A stretch of DNA of 63,046 bases, filler included, from Octopus bimaculoides (Eukaryota): NCBI RefSeq assembly GCF_001194135.2. It is 4 parts of 4 records of this genome, joined end to end, with 100 filler letters (N's around TTAATTAATTAA, not from the genome) between each part and the next. Parts side by side here need not be neighbours in the genome. Positions count along the whole stretch, not along the records: positions 21,219 to 47,282 come from NC_068983.1; 3 more parts are not named here. The stretch is one strand, 5' to 3'. Numbering within the stretch: position 1 is the first letter of the stretch; each line of letters opens with the position of its first letter. Below the pieces are notes generated by a model. The model did not search any database and was not told the origin of the DNA. It saw nothing but the letters and a program-made list of their open reading frames with translations. This document shows positions 26,851 to 39,403 of the stretch, one piece after another. A program made the position numbers and the translations under genes.

Positions 26851-27395
26851 TCTGTCTGTGAGATATTATTTCTCACTATACTTATGTGTAACATTATTTT
26901 ACTCAACGCTCGTCACCAAGCCTAGTATATGCATTCATCCTGCACCTCTTATGTTTACTCTCCTGTTAACTCTCCTTTACTCTTCTCTCCCTCTCTCTCT
27001 CTCTACATGATGTGCAGCGTGACTGGAAAAATCAACCAACCAACCAACCTTTACATATCGGCTATTATTATATAGAGATTTTATGAAACTTTAAAAAGCA
27101 AGTTTAAGGTTTCTTGTAGCCCCATGTATCCCAAAAGATTCAGAAGCTTGCGGGACACGAACGTCGTTTCTATCACTTAGAGGCTAACCACATTTGCGAT
27201 TAAACCACAAAGAAGATGCCAAATACGACCTTTTTTCTTTCCCAAATTACGTACTTAAATCTATGAAACTAGTCTTTCTTCCCTTCTTTTTTAACTGAAC
27301 TATTTTTATCATCTTGAGATAAATGGTCAGTTATTCCGCATAGCATGGTATGTATGTATGTATATATATATCAGCTGTACATACATACATATATC

Positions 27396-27427
<32 letters not shown>

Positions 27428-28078
27428 CATACATACACGCACGCACGCACACACACATATATATATTTATGTGTGTATGTATGTATATATATATGTATGT
27501 ATATATATCTATGCATGTATGTGTATATGTATGAATGTGTATATATTTTATGTGGTAGTTCTTCACCTCCATCGGCTGTTAAGTACGCTCAGTAACAAAG
27601 CAATTATCTTGTAGAGATAAGAATTATGCGCGGTAAATAAAAATAGCAGACACAAATAATTAAAGTGGCTAATTTTAGAAGATGTATGTGATATTGTGTC
27701 TTAAGAACATAAATTAATAGAAAAAGAGAGTTTTAATGGCATCATACGGGAAGTGAGATAATGTCAACTGAAAACAACAACATTCTTACATTCACCACAT
27801 TGTAGCAGTTATCGCCACTGTACGGAGTGCGACATAAAAACATCCCATATTTTGTACAGCCTTTGGTATGTCACTAATAAAGTTAGGCTGATGATAAAAG
27901 CATCCTCATGTAGCTAATGTCTTATTGTTTCAACTACTAAAAGATTATTGGGGTTCAATGTTCTGTTTGCAGTGTGGTTGCTATTGAAACGTTTGTCAAC
28001 CTTTGAAATGTTTGAGGTATTCTGCCGTGGATTTAACTTTACGCATACACACAACTACACGCACGCACACATGTAAGC

Positions 28079-28110
<32 letters not shown>

Positions 28111-28669
28111 NNNNNNNNNNNNNNNNNNNNNNNNNNNNNNNNNNNNNNNNNNNNNNNNNNNNNNNNNNNNNNNNNNNNNNNNNNNNNNNNNNNNNNNNNN
28201 NNNNNNNNNNNNNNNNNNNNNNNNNNNNNNNNNNNNNNNNNNNNNNNNNNNNNNNNNNNNNNNNNNNNNNNNNNNNNNNNNNNNNNNNNNNNNNNNNNNN
28301 NNNNNNNNNNNNNNNNNNNNNNNNNNNNNNNNNNNNNNNNNNNNNNNNNNNNNNNNNNNNNNNNNNNNNNNNNNNNNNNNNNNNNNNNNNNNNNNNNNNN
28401 NNNNNNNNNNNNNNNNNNNNNNNNNNNNNNNATATAATTAGGTAAAAATAGTTATGGCCGGTCTATGGGGTTACCCAGGGTTTCACACCCAGAAAGTACT
28501 TAGCTTTACTGACTCTAATGACCGGTGGCCTATAAACTCTTTTCAAAGTGGAGAGAGAGAGAGAGAAAAGATCATGTGTCTTGTTGCTGAACACACGGAC
28601 AAAGAAGGGTTAAACGCAAGGGATTGTTTCCCTTAAACCGCTACCCTTAATCGAGCCGGTCAGCTTGTG

Positions 28670-29125
28670 GGTCCGAGGGCTTCAGTAGAAATCTGAAATG
28701 TAACCAGGGTCCGAAGATTTCTGTCCTGGAATTTAAGATGTTTCCCGGGTCGAGGGAGTTCTTTAATATTCTCGCCAGTCCAGCTATGCACAGCTTACAA
28801 GGCTTGCTCCTGTTGCTGTAAGGGTCCGGTTTTTATAGGATTTCCATGAGATTCTGTGTGTAGTCCCTTCGTCCTTCAGGCGCCACACATGGTTGGCCAA
28901 AGATATGACGTATCGTCTCTCCGGCATCCTAAACGAGGATCTGTGGTTGGAGAGGCGCTGCTTGAAGGTGTTTCTGGAACATCCGACATATCTTCGTGTA
29001 CGGCTGCTGGCGATGTTGCTTCCGTTTCTGTTGACGCTGACACTTCTACTGCTACTGATGCTGGTGTTAGTGTTGGGTGCTTCTCTTTCGGATTTAGGAG
29101 TTACTGGTGATCGATACACACATAT
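28670..29125 (-). mobile_element. Penelope-like element fragment (GIY-YIG endonuclease region)
   Basis: The minus frame reads VYRSPVT..RRYVGCSRNTFKQRLSNHRSSF..SLANHVWRLKD..ISWK, then after disruptions ..NILNSRTEIFG, matching the PLE GIY-YIG C-terminus. The 5' end is truncated at a (GT)n tract. Confidence 0.85.
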
Positions 29126-29126
29126 A

Positions 29127-29164
<38 letters not shown>

Positions 29165-29327
29165 CGCGTGTGCATATATACACACACATACACACACGCA
29201 CACACACACACGCACACACACAATTATTGGATAAATTCCTAAATAAGAAACGTTCTAGCATTGAAATAGTGTGAATCCGATGTGCAGATAGATAATGTGT
29301 ATTTATATATATATATGTGTGCATGTG

Positions 29328-29374
<47 letters not shown>

Positions 29375-32300
29375 NNNNNNNNNNNNNNNNNNNNNNNNNN
29401 NNNNNNNNNNNNNNNNNNNNNNNNNNNNNNNNNNNNNNNNNNNNNNNNNNNNNNNNNNNNNNNNNNNNNNNNNNNNNNNNNNNNNNNNNNNNNNNNNNNN
29501 NNNNNNNNNNNNNNNNNNNNNNNNNNNNNNNNNNNNNNNNNNNNNNNNNNNNNNNNNNNNNNNNNNNNNNNNNNNNNNNNNNNNNNNNNNNNNNNNNNNN
29601 NNNNNNNNNNNNNNNNNNNNNNNNNNNNNNNNNNNNNNNNNNNNNNNNNNNNNNNNNNNNNNNNNNNNNNNNNNNNNNNNNNNNNNNNNNNNNNNNNNNN
29701 NNNNNNNNNNNNNNNNNNNNNNNNNNNNNNNNNNNNNNNNNNNNNNNNNNNNNNNNNNNNNNNNNNNNNNNNNNNNNNNNNNNNNNNNNNNNNNNNNNNN
29801 NNNNNNNNNNNNNNNNNNNNNNNNNNNNNNNNNNNNNNNNNNNNNNNNNNNNNNNNNNNNNNNNNNNNNNNNNNNNNNNNNNNNNNNNNNNNNNNNNNNN
29901 NNNNNNNNNNNNNNNNNNNNNNNNNNNNNNNNNNNNNNNNNNNNNNNNNNNNNNNNNNNNNNNNNNNNNNNNNNNNNNNNNNNNNNNNNNNNNNNNNNNN
30001 NNNNNNNNNNNNNNNNNNNNNNNNNNNNNNNNNNNNNNNNNNNNNNNNNNNNNNNNNNNNNNNNNNNNNNNNNNNNNNNNNNNNNNNNNNNNNNNNNNNN
30101 NNNNNNNNNNNNNNNNNNNNNNNNNNNNNNNNNNNNNNNNNNNNNNNNNNNNNNNNNNNNNNNNNNNNNNNNNNNNNNNNNNNNNNNNNNNNNNNNNNNN
30201 NNNNNNNNNNNNNNNNNNNNNNNNNNNNNNNNNNNNNNNNNNNNNNNNNNNNNNNNNNNNNNNNNNNNNNNNNNNNNNNNNNNNNNNNNNNNNNNNNNNN
30301 NNNNNNNNNNNNNNNNNNNNNNNNNNNNNNNNNNNNNGTGTGTGCGTTGTGTATGTGTGTGTTTATGTGTGTGTGCGTGCGTATGTGTGTGAGAGCGTAA
30401 GGATGTGTGCCAGGTATGTGTGTTATTTTGTGTGTGCACTCCTGTGTGTGTGTGTGTGCATGTGTATGCGGCTGTGTATGTAGGCGTGCGCGTATATATG
30501 GGTGTGTGTGTGTGTCTGTGTGTGTATAGGGCTGTGTAAGGTGTGTGTCTCTACCACTGTGCGCGTGTGTGTGTGTATGTATGTGCGTTCGTCTATATGT
30601 GTGTGTGAGGGCGCGCATGTATGTTTGCCATGTGTGTGGGCGGTATATATGTAAGGTGTGTGGAGGTGTGTGTGTTAGGTGTATGGGAGGTATGTGAGGT
30701 ATGCGTGAATGGGGGTACGTATCGGTTGTCAGGTGTGTGGGAGGTATGTGTGAATGGGGGTATATGTGGGTTATGTGTGCAAGGGTGTGTATGCTTGGGT
30801 NNNNNNNNNNNNNNNNNNNNNNNNNNNNNNNNNNNNNNNNNNNNNNNNNNNNNNNNNNNNNNNNNNNNNNNNNNNNNNNNNNNNNNNNNNNNNNNNNNNN
30901 NNNNNNNNNNNNNNNNNNNNNNNNNNNNNNNNNNNNNNNNNNNNNNNNNNNNNNNNNNNNNNNNNNNNNNNNNNNNNNNNNNNNNNNNNNNNNNNNNNNN
31001 NNNNNNNNNNNNNNNNNNNNNNNNNNNNNNNNNNNNNNNNNNNNNNNNNNNNNNNNNNNNNNNNNNNNNNNNNNNNNNNNNNNNNNNNNNNNNNNNNNNN
31101 NNNNNNNNNNNNNNNNNNNNNNNNNNNNNNNNNNNNNNNNNNNNNNNNNNNNNNNNNNNNNNNNNNNNNNNNNNNNNNNNNNNNNNNNNNNNNNNNNNNN
31201 NNNNNNNNNNNNNNNNNNNNNNNNNNNNNNNNNNNNNNNNNNNNNNNNNNNNNNNNNNNNNNNNNNNNNNNNNNNNNNNNNNNNNNNNNNNNNNNNNNNN
31301 NNNNNNNNNNNNNNNNNNNNNNNNNNNNNNNNNNNNNNNNNNNNNNNNNNNNNNNNNNNNNNNNNNNNNNNNNNNNNNNNNNNNNNNNNNNNNNNNNNNN
31401 NNNNNNNNNNNNNNNNNNNNNNNNNNNNNNNNNNNNNNNNNNNNNNNNNNNNNNNNNNNNNNNNNNNNNNNNNNNNNATATATGTATATATACTTTCTGT
31501 TTATTATATGTAGGGAAGTAAATATATGAGCTGGCATGATCTCTCCCACCTCCCCTCCCAAACCAACATATAAAAAAAAACATTTCTATCAACAAATATT
31601 TTTATAAAAAACATGTATCTTACACCTCATTAACATCACCACCCCAGACACACGTAAAGCAGAGAAAATTACTTTTGACCATTATATTTCTCACCAAAGG
31701 TCAACTATTCCAATGGCTTCCTAAAACACTCCTTTAACACCCCACCATCTCCCAACTCCACCCACAATCAAGTATCATGTTTCGTCCATTCACTATTTCC
31801 TTTCAGCTCTTACTCATCAACCCTCTTTCACTCCCAGACAGATTAACAAACCCCAACTCCAGCCCAAACAAACTCAAATCCGATATATAGAATCACAAAG
31901 TCCCAAATCCTCAGATCAGTTTGACAACGAATGCGAGAAAGTTCTCCAGAAAAGGTAACAAGGAAGTTTTCAAAAAAAAATCTCCCCACCCAAGTCAACA
32001 AAGAACTTACTAGATCTACGAACTAAAGTGTAAAATTGATATTATTAAAAATTAAAAAATAATAAATTAAACTGATTAGAACTACCAGTAAAGTCGTTCT
32101 TTTTCTTTTTTCAAATATATACAAGCAGTATTAGTACCAAAAGGCTATCTTTATATCCAACTTAACGTGGATGTCTTCTTAGAACACCGAATACTGTGGT
32201 ATTTGCCTTGAGCGTGGTGTATAAAAGCACAGACTTATATCGTAGCAGGCGAGAAGGGACTGGTATGGACGCCGAAAGTGCCAGATCATGTGACTGTAAC

Positions 32301-32376
32301 GTATTGCACTTCTTCAGTATCAGACGGGCGTTCCGGTGACCGCATACGAACCAAATCTGGATCTCAGTCTACCGTC

Positions 32377-32831
32377 CTTTTATCCTTTTACTTGTTTCAG
32401 TCATTTGACTACAGCCATGCTGGAGCACCGCCTTTAGTCGAGCAACTCGACCCCAGTACTTATTCTTTGTAAGCCTAGTACTTATTCTATCGGTGTCTTT
32501 TGCCGAACCGCTAAGTTACGGGGACGTAAACACACACACATACATACATACATACATACATACATACATACATACATACATACATACATACATANNNNNN
32601 NNNNNNNNNNNNNNNNNNNNNNNNNNNNNNNNNNNNNNNNNNNNNNNNATATATATATATATATATACGACGGGCTTCTTTCAGTTTCTGTCTACCAAAT
32701 CCACTCACAAGGCCTTGGTCGACCCGAGGCTATAGTAGAAGACACTTGCCCAAGGTACCATGGAGTGGGACTGAACCCGGAACCATATGGTTGGTAAGCA
32801 AGCTACTTACTACACAGCTATTCCTGCGCCT
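32377..32831 (-). mobile_element. SINE family A, full length (OR-type CORE-SINE-like), with internal microsatellite and gap
   Basis: Minus strand: head with B box GGTTCAGTCCC, CORE-like GTACCTTGGGCAAGTGTCTTCTACTATAGCCTCGGG, internal (TA)/(TATG)n, and tail CCAGCATGGCTGTAGTCAAATGACTGAAACAAGTAAAAG. Similarity to the octopus OR CORE-SINEs is from recall. Confidence 0.92.
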
Positions 32832-33548
32832 ATGAAGAACTGCAATTTATGCCATTTGTTCCTTACGCACGTTTCGCAGTTGTGGCTATTGTCATCGTCA
32901 GCAGTTGATTCATTTAGATGCTGAGTCACAATAGTTCCTCTGGAGGACCTTTAATTAATTGTTTGAAAATAGTTTTTTAAGTCTGACCTTGTTGTCCACT
33001 CAACTGGACATGAACCATAGGAAGCTAATAACTTCCAACGGTCTCAAATTGCCGGATTTGATGGCATTTAAGACATTTTTTCTCCCTCAAATAAATATCA
33101 CAAAAAAAAAAAAAATCAACCAGAGTCCTATGTACAACGTTGCGCCTATATTACACACACCAAAAGCTTTTTCCTTGAATATGCAAAGCTGAAATTAGGG
33201 TGCGTTTAATGTGTTTGTGCGTTTTTATGCCATCAAATATGGCATGTTTACGAATTATGTAATAAACCAGAGCGTCATATGTCATATGACCGGTTGACAG
33301 TCGGTGTATAGTTTTACAATATCAGGAAACAAAGCATATATTAAAAGAATTTTAATTTCACTTTTATCAAATGTATTGGTGCATTCACGAAATGAAATGA
33401 ATACTGATTTTTAAAAGAAAAATATATATTACCTTAAAATAAATTAAATAATACAATATTAATAAAATAGAACGAAACTTAAAACAAGTTGATTATATTT
33501 TGTAGTTCATATTCTTTCTTCCTTTCTTCCTTTCTTCCTTCCTTTATT

Positions 33549-33591
<43 letters not shown>

Positions 33592-33631
33592 CCACACACC
33601 CACATACACACACATGTATGCATGTATATAT

Positions 33632-33722
33632 GAAGGCGCATATCTCAGTGGTTAGGGCGTTACACTCACCATTGCGAAATGGTGGTTTCGATTCCCAGAG
33701 CAGGCGTTGCGCTGTGTTCGTC
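33632..33722 (+). mobile_element. Isolated tRNA-derived SINE head (family C/D-like)
   Basis: gaaggcgcatatctcagtggttagggcg..ggtttcgattcccag has A/B-box-like motifs but no acceptor-stem closure. Confidence 0.6.
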
Positions 33723-34471
33723 GATTAAATGGAGATAGTGAGCTTATGAGAACACAAGCATTTGACCACTGTAAACAAATCGTCTCTGTGGTTGTTCAGC
33801 AAGAATTTGCAGGACCCTCATACACCACCAAAGGACTGGAGAGTCTACGATGTATATATATATATATATATNNNNNNNNNNNNNNNNNNNNNNNNNNNNN
33901 NNNNNNNNNNNNNNNNNNNNNNNNNNNNNNNNNNNNNNNNNNNNNNNNNNNNNNNNNNNNNNNNNNNNNNNNNNNNNNNNNNNNNNNNNNNNNNNNNNNN
34001 NNNNNNNNNNNNNNNNNNNNNNNNNNNNNNNNNNNNNNNNNNNNNNNNNNNNNNNNNNNNNNNNNNNNNNNNNNNNNNNNNNNNNNNNNNNNNNNNNNNN
34101 NNNNNNNNNNNNNNNNNNNNNNNNNNNNNNNNNNNNNNNNNNNNNNNNNNNNNNNNNNNNNNNNNNNNNNNNNNNNNNNNNNNNNNNNNNNNNNNNNNNN
34201 NNNNNNNNNNNNNNNNNNNNNNNNNNNNNNNNNNNNNNNNNNNNNNNNNNNNNNNNNNNNNNNNNNNNNNNNNNNNNNNNNNNNNNNNNNNNNNNNNNNN
34301 NNNNNNNNNNNNNNNNNNNNNNNNNNNNNNNNNNNNNNNNNNNNNNNNNNNNNNNNNNNNNNNNNNNNNNNNNNNNNNNNNNNNNNNNNNNNNNNNNNNN
34401 NNNNNNNNNNNNNNNNNNNNNNNNNNNNNNNNNNNNNNNNNNNNNNNNNNNNNNNNNNNNNNNNNNNATAT

Positions 34472-34519
<48 letters not shown>

Positions 34520-34583
34520 CGAAAGCCTTCTTTCAGTTTCCGTCTACCAACTCTTCTCACAAGGCTTTGGTCGGCCCGAAGCT
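34520..34583 (-). mobile_element. SINE family A fragment
   Basis: ttctttcagtttccgtctaccaa..ctcacaaggctttggtcggcccga. Confidence 0.8.
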
Positions 34584-34820
34584 TAATCTAATGGGTTGTT
34601 CTATACTTCTGTAGAATACAAATTTATTATCTTTAAGCAAGAATATTGTTGATAGTGACTTCGAAGTTTCAGCCGGCTAGGCCAGCGTCGAGGTAGGAGT
34701 ATATGTGTGTCTATCTATCTAACTATCTACATCACATAAATACATGCATGCTTATATACATATACACATGTATACACACGCACAAACACAAACACACACA
34801 CACACGCATATATATAGGGC

Positions 34821-35165
34821 AAAGGGTAAAGAACCCCTTCGGTCATGAACGACCATGGGATTGCGCTTACAAAGTTCCCTTCCGAGACAAAGTCCAGGCA
34901 AGGTTATTTATGGAGGACTAGCAGCTGCCCATACATACCAGCCACCCACTCTTTCCACCACCAATGTTATCCAAGGGAAAGGCTAAAGGGCCGATACAAC
35001 TTGGCACCAGTGACGTCACAACTCATCTCTACGGCTGAGTGAACTGGAGCAACGTGAAATAAAGTGTCTTGCTCAAGGACATAACACACAGCCCGGTCCA
35101 GGAATCGAACTCCCTACTTCTTGATTGTAAGCCCGACACTCCAACCACTGAGCCATATGTCTTCA
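34821..35165 (-). mobile_element. SINE family D, near full length
   Basis: Minus-strand head GTGAAGACATATGGCTCAGTGGTT..GAGTTCGATTCC, followed by GTCCTTGAGCAAGACACTTTATTTCACGTTGCTCCAGTTCACTCAGCC. A second copy lies at 56440-56595. Confidence 0.85.
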
Positions 35166-36320
35166 CACACACACACACACACACACNNNNNNNNNNNNNN
35201 NNNNNNNNNNNNNNNNNNNNNNNNNNNNNNNNNNNNNNNNNNNNNNNNNNNNNNNNNNNNNNNNNNNNNNNNNNNNNNNNNNNNNNNNNNNNNNNNNNNN
35301 NNNNNNNNNNNNNNNNNNNNNNNNNNNNNNNNNNNNNNNNNNNNNNNNNNNNNNNNNNNNNNNNNNNNNNNNNNNNNNNNNNNNNNNNNNNNNNNNNNNN
35401 NNNNNNNNNNNNNNNNNNNNNNNNNNNNNNNNNNNNNNNNNNNNNNNNNNNNNNNNNNNNNNNNNNNNNNNNNNNNNNNNNNNNNNNNNNNNNNNNNNNN
35501 NNNNNNNNNNNNNNNNNNNNNNNNNNNNNNNNNNNNNNNNNNNNNNNNNNNNNNNNNNNNNNNNNNNNNNNNNNNNNNNNNNNNNNNNNNNNNNNNNNNN
35601 NNNNNNNNNNNNNNNNNNNNNNNNNNNNNNNNNNNNNNNNNNNNNNNNNNNNNNNNNNNNNNNNNNNNNNNNNNNNNNNNNNNNNNNNNNNNNNNNNNNN
35701 NNNNNNNNNNNNNNNNNNNNNNNNNNNNNNNNNNNNNNNNNNNNNNNNNNNNNNNNNNNNNNNNNNNNNNNNNNNNNNNNNNNNNNNNNNNNNNNNNNNN
35801 NNNNNNNNNNNNNNNNNNNNNNNNNNNNNNNNNNNNNNNNNNNNNNNNNNNNNNNNNNNNNNNNNNNNNNNNNNNNNNNNNNNNNNNNNNNNNNNNNNNN
35901 NNNNNNNNNNNNNNNNNNNNNNNNNNNNNNNNNNNNNNNNNNNNNNNNNNNNNNNNNNNNNNNNNNNNNNNNNNNNNNNNNNNNNNNNACACACACACAC
36001 ACACACACACAGAGGCATAGTGATACAAACATACATACATACATACGTAATACATATATAAAACAAATGATTAGATAAATAAGGTTGCATGCTATCGTCA
36101 GTGCAAACTGACAGACTGACGCGCAGACAAACAGACAGGCAACATTTTAGGCAGCCGAGTACTAACTTTAGAGACACTTGCACTAAATTGTAGTACACTA
36201 CACTACAACCTAAACTATAATACAATGCGCTAAACTATAACTCTACATCGAGTCAGAGACATGAAGTCGTGAATTTTTAAGAATATCTCAGTCTTTAAAC
36301 ATTCTACATTCATCCTGATG

Positions 36321-36452
36321 TGGCACTCCGTCGGTTGCGACGACGAGGGTCCCAGTTGTTCCGATCAACGGAACAGCCTGCTCGGGAAATTAACGTCCAA
36401 GTGGCTGAGCACTCCACAGTCACGTGTACCCTTAACGTAGTTCTCGGGGAGA
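36321..36452 (-). mobile_element. SINE family C 3' part
   Basis: tggcactccgtcggttgcgacgacgagggt..gatcaacggaacagcctgctc..gtggctgagcactccacag..cccttaacgtagttctcgggga, closely similar to 25500-25630. Confidence 0.9.
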
Positions 36453-36791
36453 ACTAGATACTAAATTCGATGAAATGTTATATTAAGCTCATGAAAGGAT
36501 GGTTTCATCCCACCAAATACTGCTTCAATACCGAGTATTTTGGGGAGGAATTAATTTCCTTAAAATGAGAGATGTATCGATGAAAACATATAGTTTATAT
36601 TCATATAAAAGAAGAAAAAGAAAATGGAGATTGGGAAGTTAAAAATTATTTATTATTAAAACAGCAAATTAATCATCATCCGTTACAATTGTTTCAATTA
36701 ATACTCACTAAACATTAAGTAAATATTAAATATATATTTATATGACGGTCATAATGAGGAGGCGATTCAGCATCAGTATTATTACAGTGAC

Positions 36792-36797
<6 letters not shown>

Positions 36798-36882
<85 letters not shown>
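36798..36882. repeat. (CA)n microsatellite
   Basis: Read directly. Confidence 0.97.
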
Positions 36883-36887
<5 letters not shown>

Positions 36888-37304
36888 GCACGCACACACT
36901 CACTCACACACACTCGCCCGCGTGTGCACGCACACTCAAATATACACAAGGCGAAAGACGCCTTCACAGAAAATATTACAGATATTCAAAGCTCAAACAG
37001 AAGCACTTGAATACATAAACACACTCACACACACATAAAAATACATACTCACACATACATATACGAAATACATACATATGTACATGCGTGTATAACCGTA
37101 GGATTTTTTAAAACCGGAAGTTTGTGGTATTCAGCATCCGGTACGTTCTGAAAGCTGATAGTGAATATTTAAACTGAACTTCCAATGACTTCCGGTTTGT
37201 TGTTGGTTCTCTGGTGGAGAAGGTTCATATAGACATATTTTTGGTTCATATTTTCAATCATGGTTTCTGTGTGAGAATTGTTCTATGAAATATGTCCACA
37301 TACC

Positions 37305-37615
37305 GTGCGCGGACAGGATGCCGAATGTACTTTTGCCGAAGGACAAGAAGCCAAGGCCTAGAAGCCGAACGGACACAATAATAGAAAAAAAAAAGAAAAA
37401 AAAAAGAAACCACATTCCTACCTACGTATTTTAATGACCAATTCACCAATCTGGCACTTAAGATTTAACGAGATTAAATTTTAATTTTTGTATGTCTTTT
37501 CGGTACCTTGTCCGTTCGGCTTTATGTTCGTTCGGCATTGTGTCCGTTCGGCTTCTTGGCTTCGGTATCTTGTCCTTCGGCAAAAAAGTGCATTCGGCAA
37601 ACCATCCGTGTATCC
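37305..37615. mobile_element. Fold-back MITE with long TIRs made of GCCGAA(C/G)GGACA subrepeats
   Basis: The left arm gccgaatgtacttttgccgaaggacaaga..agaagccgaacggacacaat is the imperfect reverse complement of the right arm attgtgtccgttcggcttct..tcttgtccttcggcaaaaaagtgcattcggc. The spacer is AT-rich and non-coding. Confidence 0.8.
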
Positions 37616-37759
37616 TAGATACAATTTTTATATTGTAAGATATTTCCCGTTTATAGGCGTGCAAATATGTGTGTTTTATGCGTCTAGGTACGTTTGAATA
37701 AAGTTCAAGTAAGACACGGGGGAGCGGTACTTCTGTGCCGGAAACAGTGATGCTGATAC

Positions 37760-37975
37760 ACACAAACATTCTAGATCACATATCAATAAAGGACGTCTGT
37801 TTAACTGGCATACAATGCACACTGATATCCTGCCCGCATTTTAGAGAAGGTCCACTCAACTGGGTGATATTGAATCCCTACAACCAACCGTTTGACTGGC
37901 ATAAATTCACTCACCAACACATTCTAGTTTCCACAGACATGCAGCATTCTCTCTGTGCATTCTGCGTTCAAGACT
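37760..37975 (+). mobile_element. CR1/Zenon-like LINE 3' fragment, degraded
   Basis: RLTGINSLTNTF..HRHAAFSLC is homologous to LTGIKSLSDTLQTLTHRCAVS at about 46930-47000. Confidence 0.5.
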
Positions 37976-38124
37976 TACCTTGTCACCAAAAAAGGCGAGA
38001 CTCCCGCCAAGAGCTGAGACTGAGTAAAAATAAAAAGGAAAGAAATATTAGCAATTGGATAAATCAGTTGATATATAGAAGTTCAAAACGCACGTAGAAT
38101 ATACGAAGATTTATGCAAATTTTA

Positions 38125-38176
<52 letters not shown>

Positions 38177-38197
38177 GTCTATTCATCTATCTATCTA

Positions 38198-38244
<47 letters not shown>

Positions 38245-38414
38245 ACGTACGTGCGCGCGCACATACACACACAACCGGTTTCAGATTTGATTTCAAATAT
38301 TATATTGTACGTTGTTTTGCAAATTGTAGATATCAATAACAATGATTGATGGGGCTAATCGGATGGGGAAAGACGGAATTTGTAAGACTGTATACCTAAA
38401 CCGGAGAGAGTGGT

Positions 38415-39270
38415 GTTAGCAGAAACTTGTCGAGAGGCTTACATCTTGTGAAAATTTCCGATCTCGAGTTCCGTAGGTCGGTGGAGTTCTTAGAGATATG
38501 TTTTCTTTCAGTTATTCTTAGCCTACACCGCGCTAATCCATTAATGTATATCCTAGGTCGCTCTACGATGCTTCTCTTGACGACGTGTGGGGTATTTTTT
38601 CCTTCATGTCCTAAATGTGGTCGGCTAGCTTAGTGTTTTTCTTCTACGTGTCAGAAAGAATACTGGTGATTAGCATATTCTGTTCTTGAAGTTATTTTAC
38701 GTAATTGAATATCTTTTTATTTTCAGTTTCGCTATTTGGCAGCACTGGGTTGACCTCGGCTTCCTATACAACTGAGCTAACCATGCATGCTTGGTCAAGT
38801 AGGCAAGTATGTTGGTTCTTGAGGTTGCAGTAAAAGATTTTCTTATACCTATGGCTTTCCGGGAAATCCTTGTCTATCAAGGTTAGGAATTTTCCACTTA
38901 CGTTTGTCCTAACATTGAAGAAGAAACGAAGGTGGGAGCAAACCAAATAATCTTTCTTGGTCTATTTTTAGGCATTGAAGTTCCTCAGATTGTAAATTGC
39001 TGTTTTGTTTTATTTGATGTCACTGTTAACCAGGACCTTATAATGGTAGGGTGGTGCGTTATCAGAAATTTCCTTGGAGTACGAGAGATTAGATGCTCCT
39101 CTACAAATATTAGTCTTAAGATTTTTAAAGGCAATGCAAGACTGTTCGCCGATATAAGTAAGTCTTTTTTCTTCTTTTCGGTCTATTGTAGGGCTTCTAA
39201 GAACACAAGTTGAGGTCCAGGAAGTCGTCAAAGAGATATTGAGAATAAATACTTGTTTTCGATTGTAGGA
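38415..39270 (-). mobile_element. Penelope-like element fragment (RT C-terminus/linker + GIY-YIG end)
   Basis: Minus frames read NLSYSKEISDNAPPYHYKVL, FFFNVRTNVSGKFLTLIDKDFPESHRYKKIF, TKLADHI*DMKEKN..SIVERPRIYING and RNSRSEIFTRCKPLDKFLL, motifs typical of PLE ORF2. Many stops are present. Confidence 0.85.
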
Positions 39271-39342
39271 ATAGCGGATTATATTTTTTCTATTGATGGA
39301 CCAACTCAGACACGCCGAGTCTTTCAACTGCATGAGTGTATA

Positions 39343-39403
<61 letters not shown>

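Noticed and set aside
32215-32350. TATAAAAG followed by a 24-codon ORF (MDAESARS..)
   Set aside because: The ORF is short with no donor or homology, and it directly abuts a SINE; insufficient evidence.
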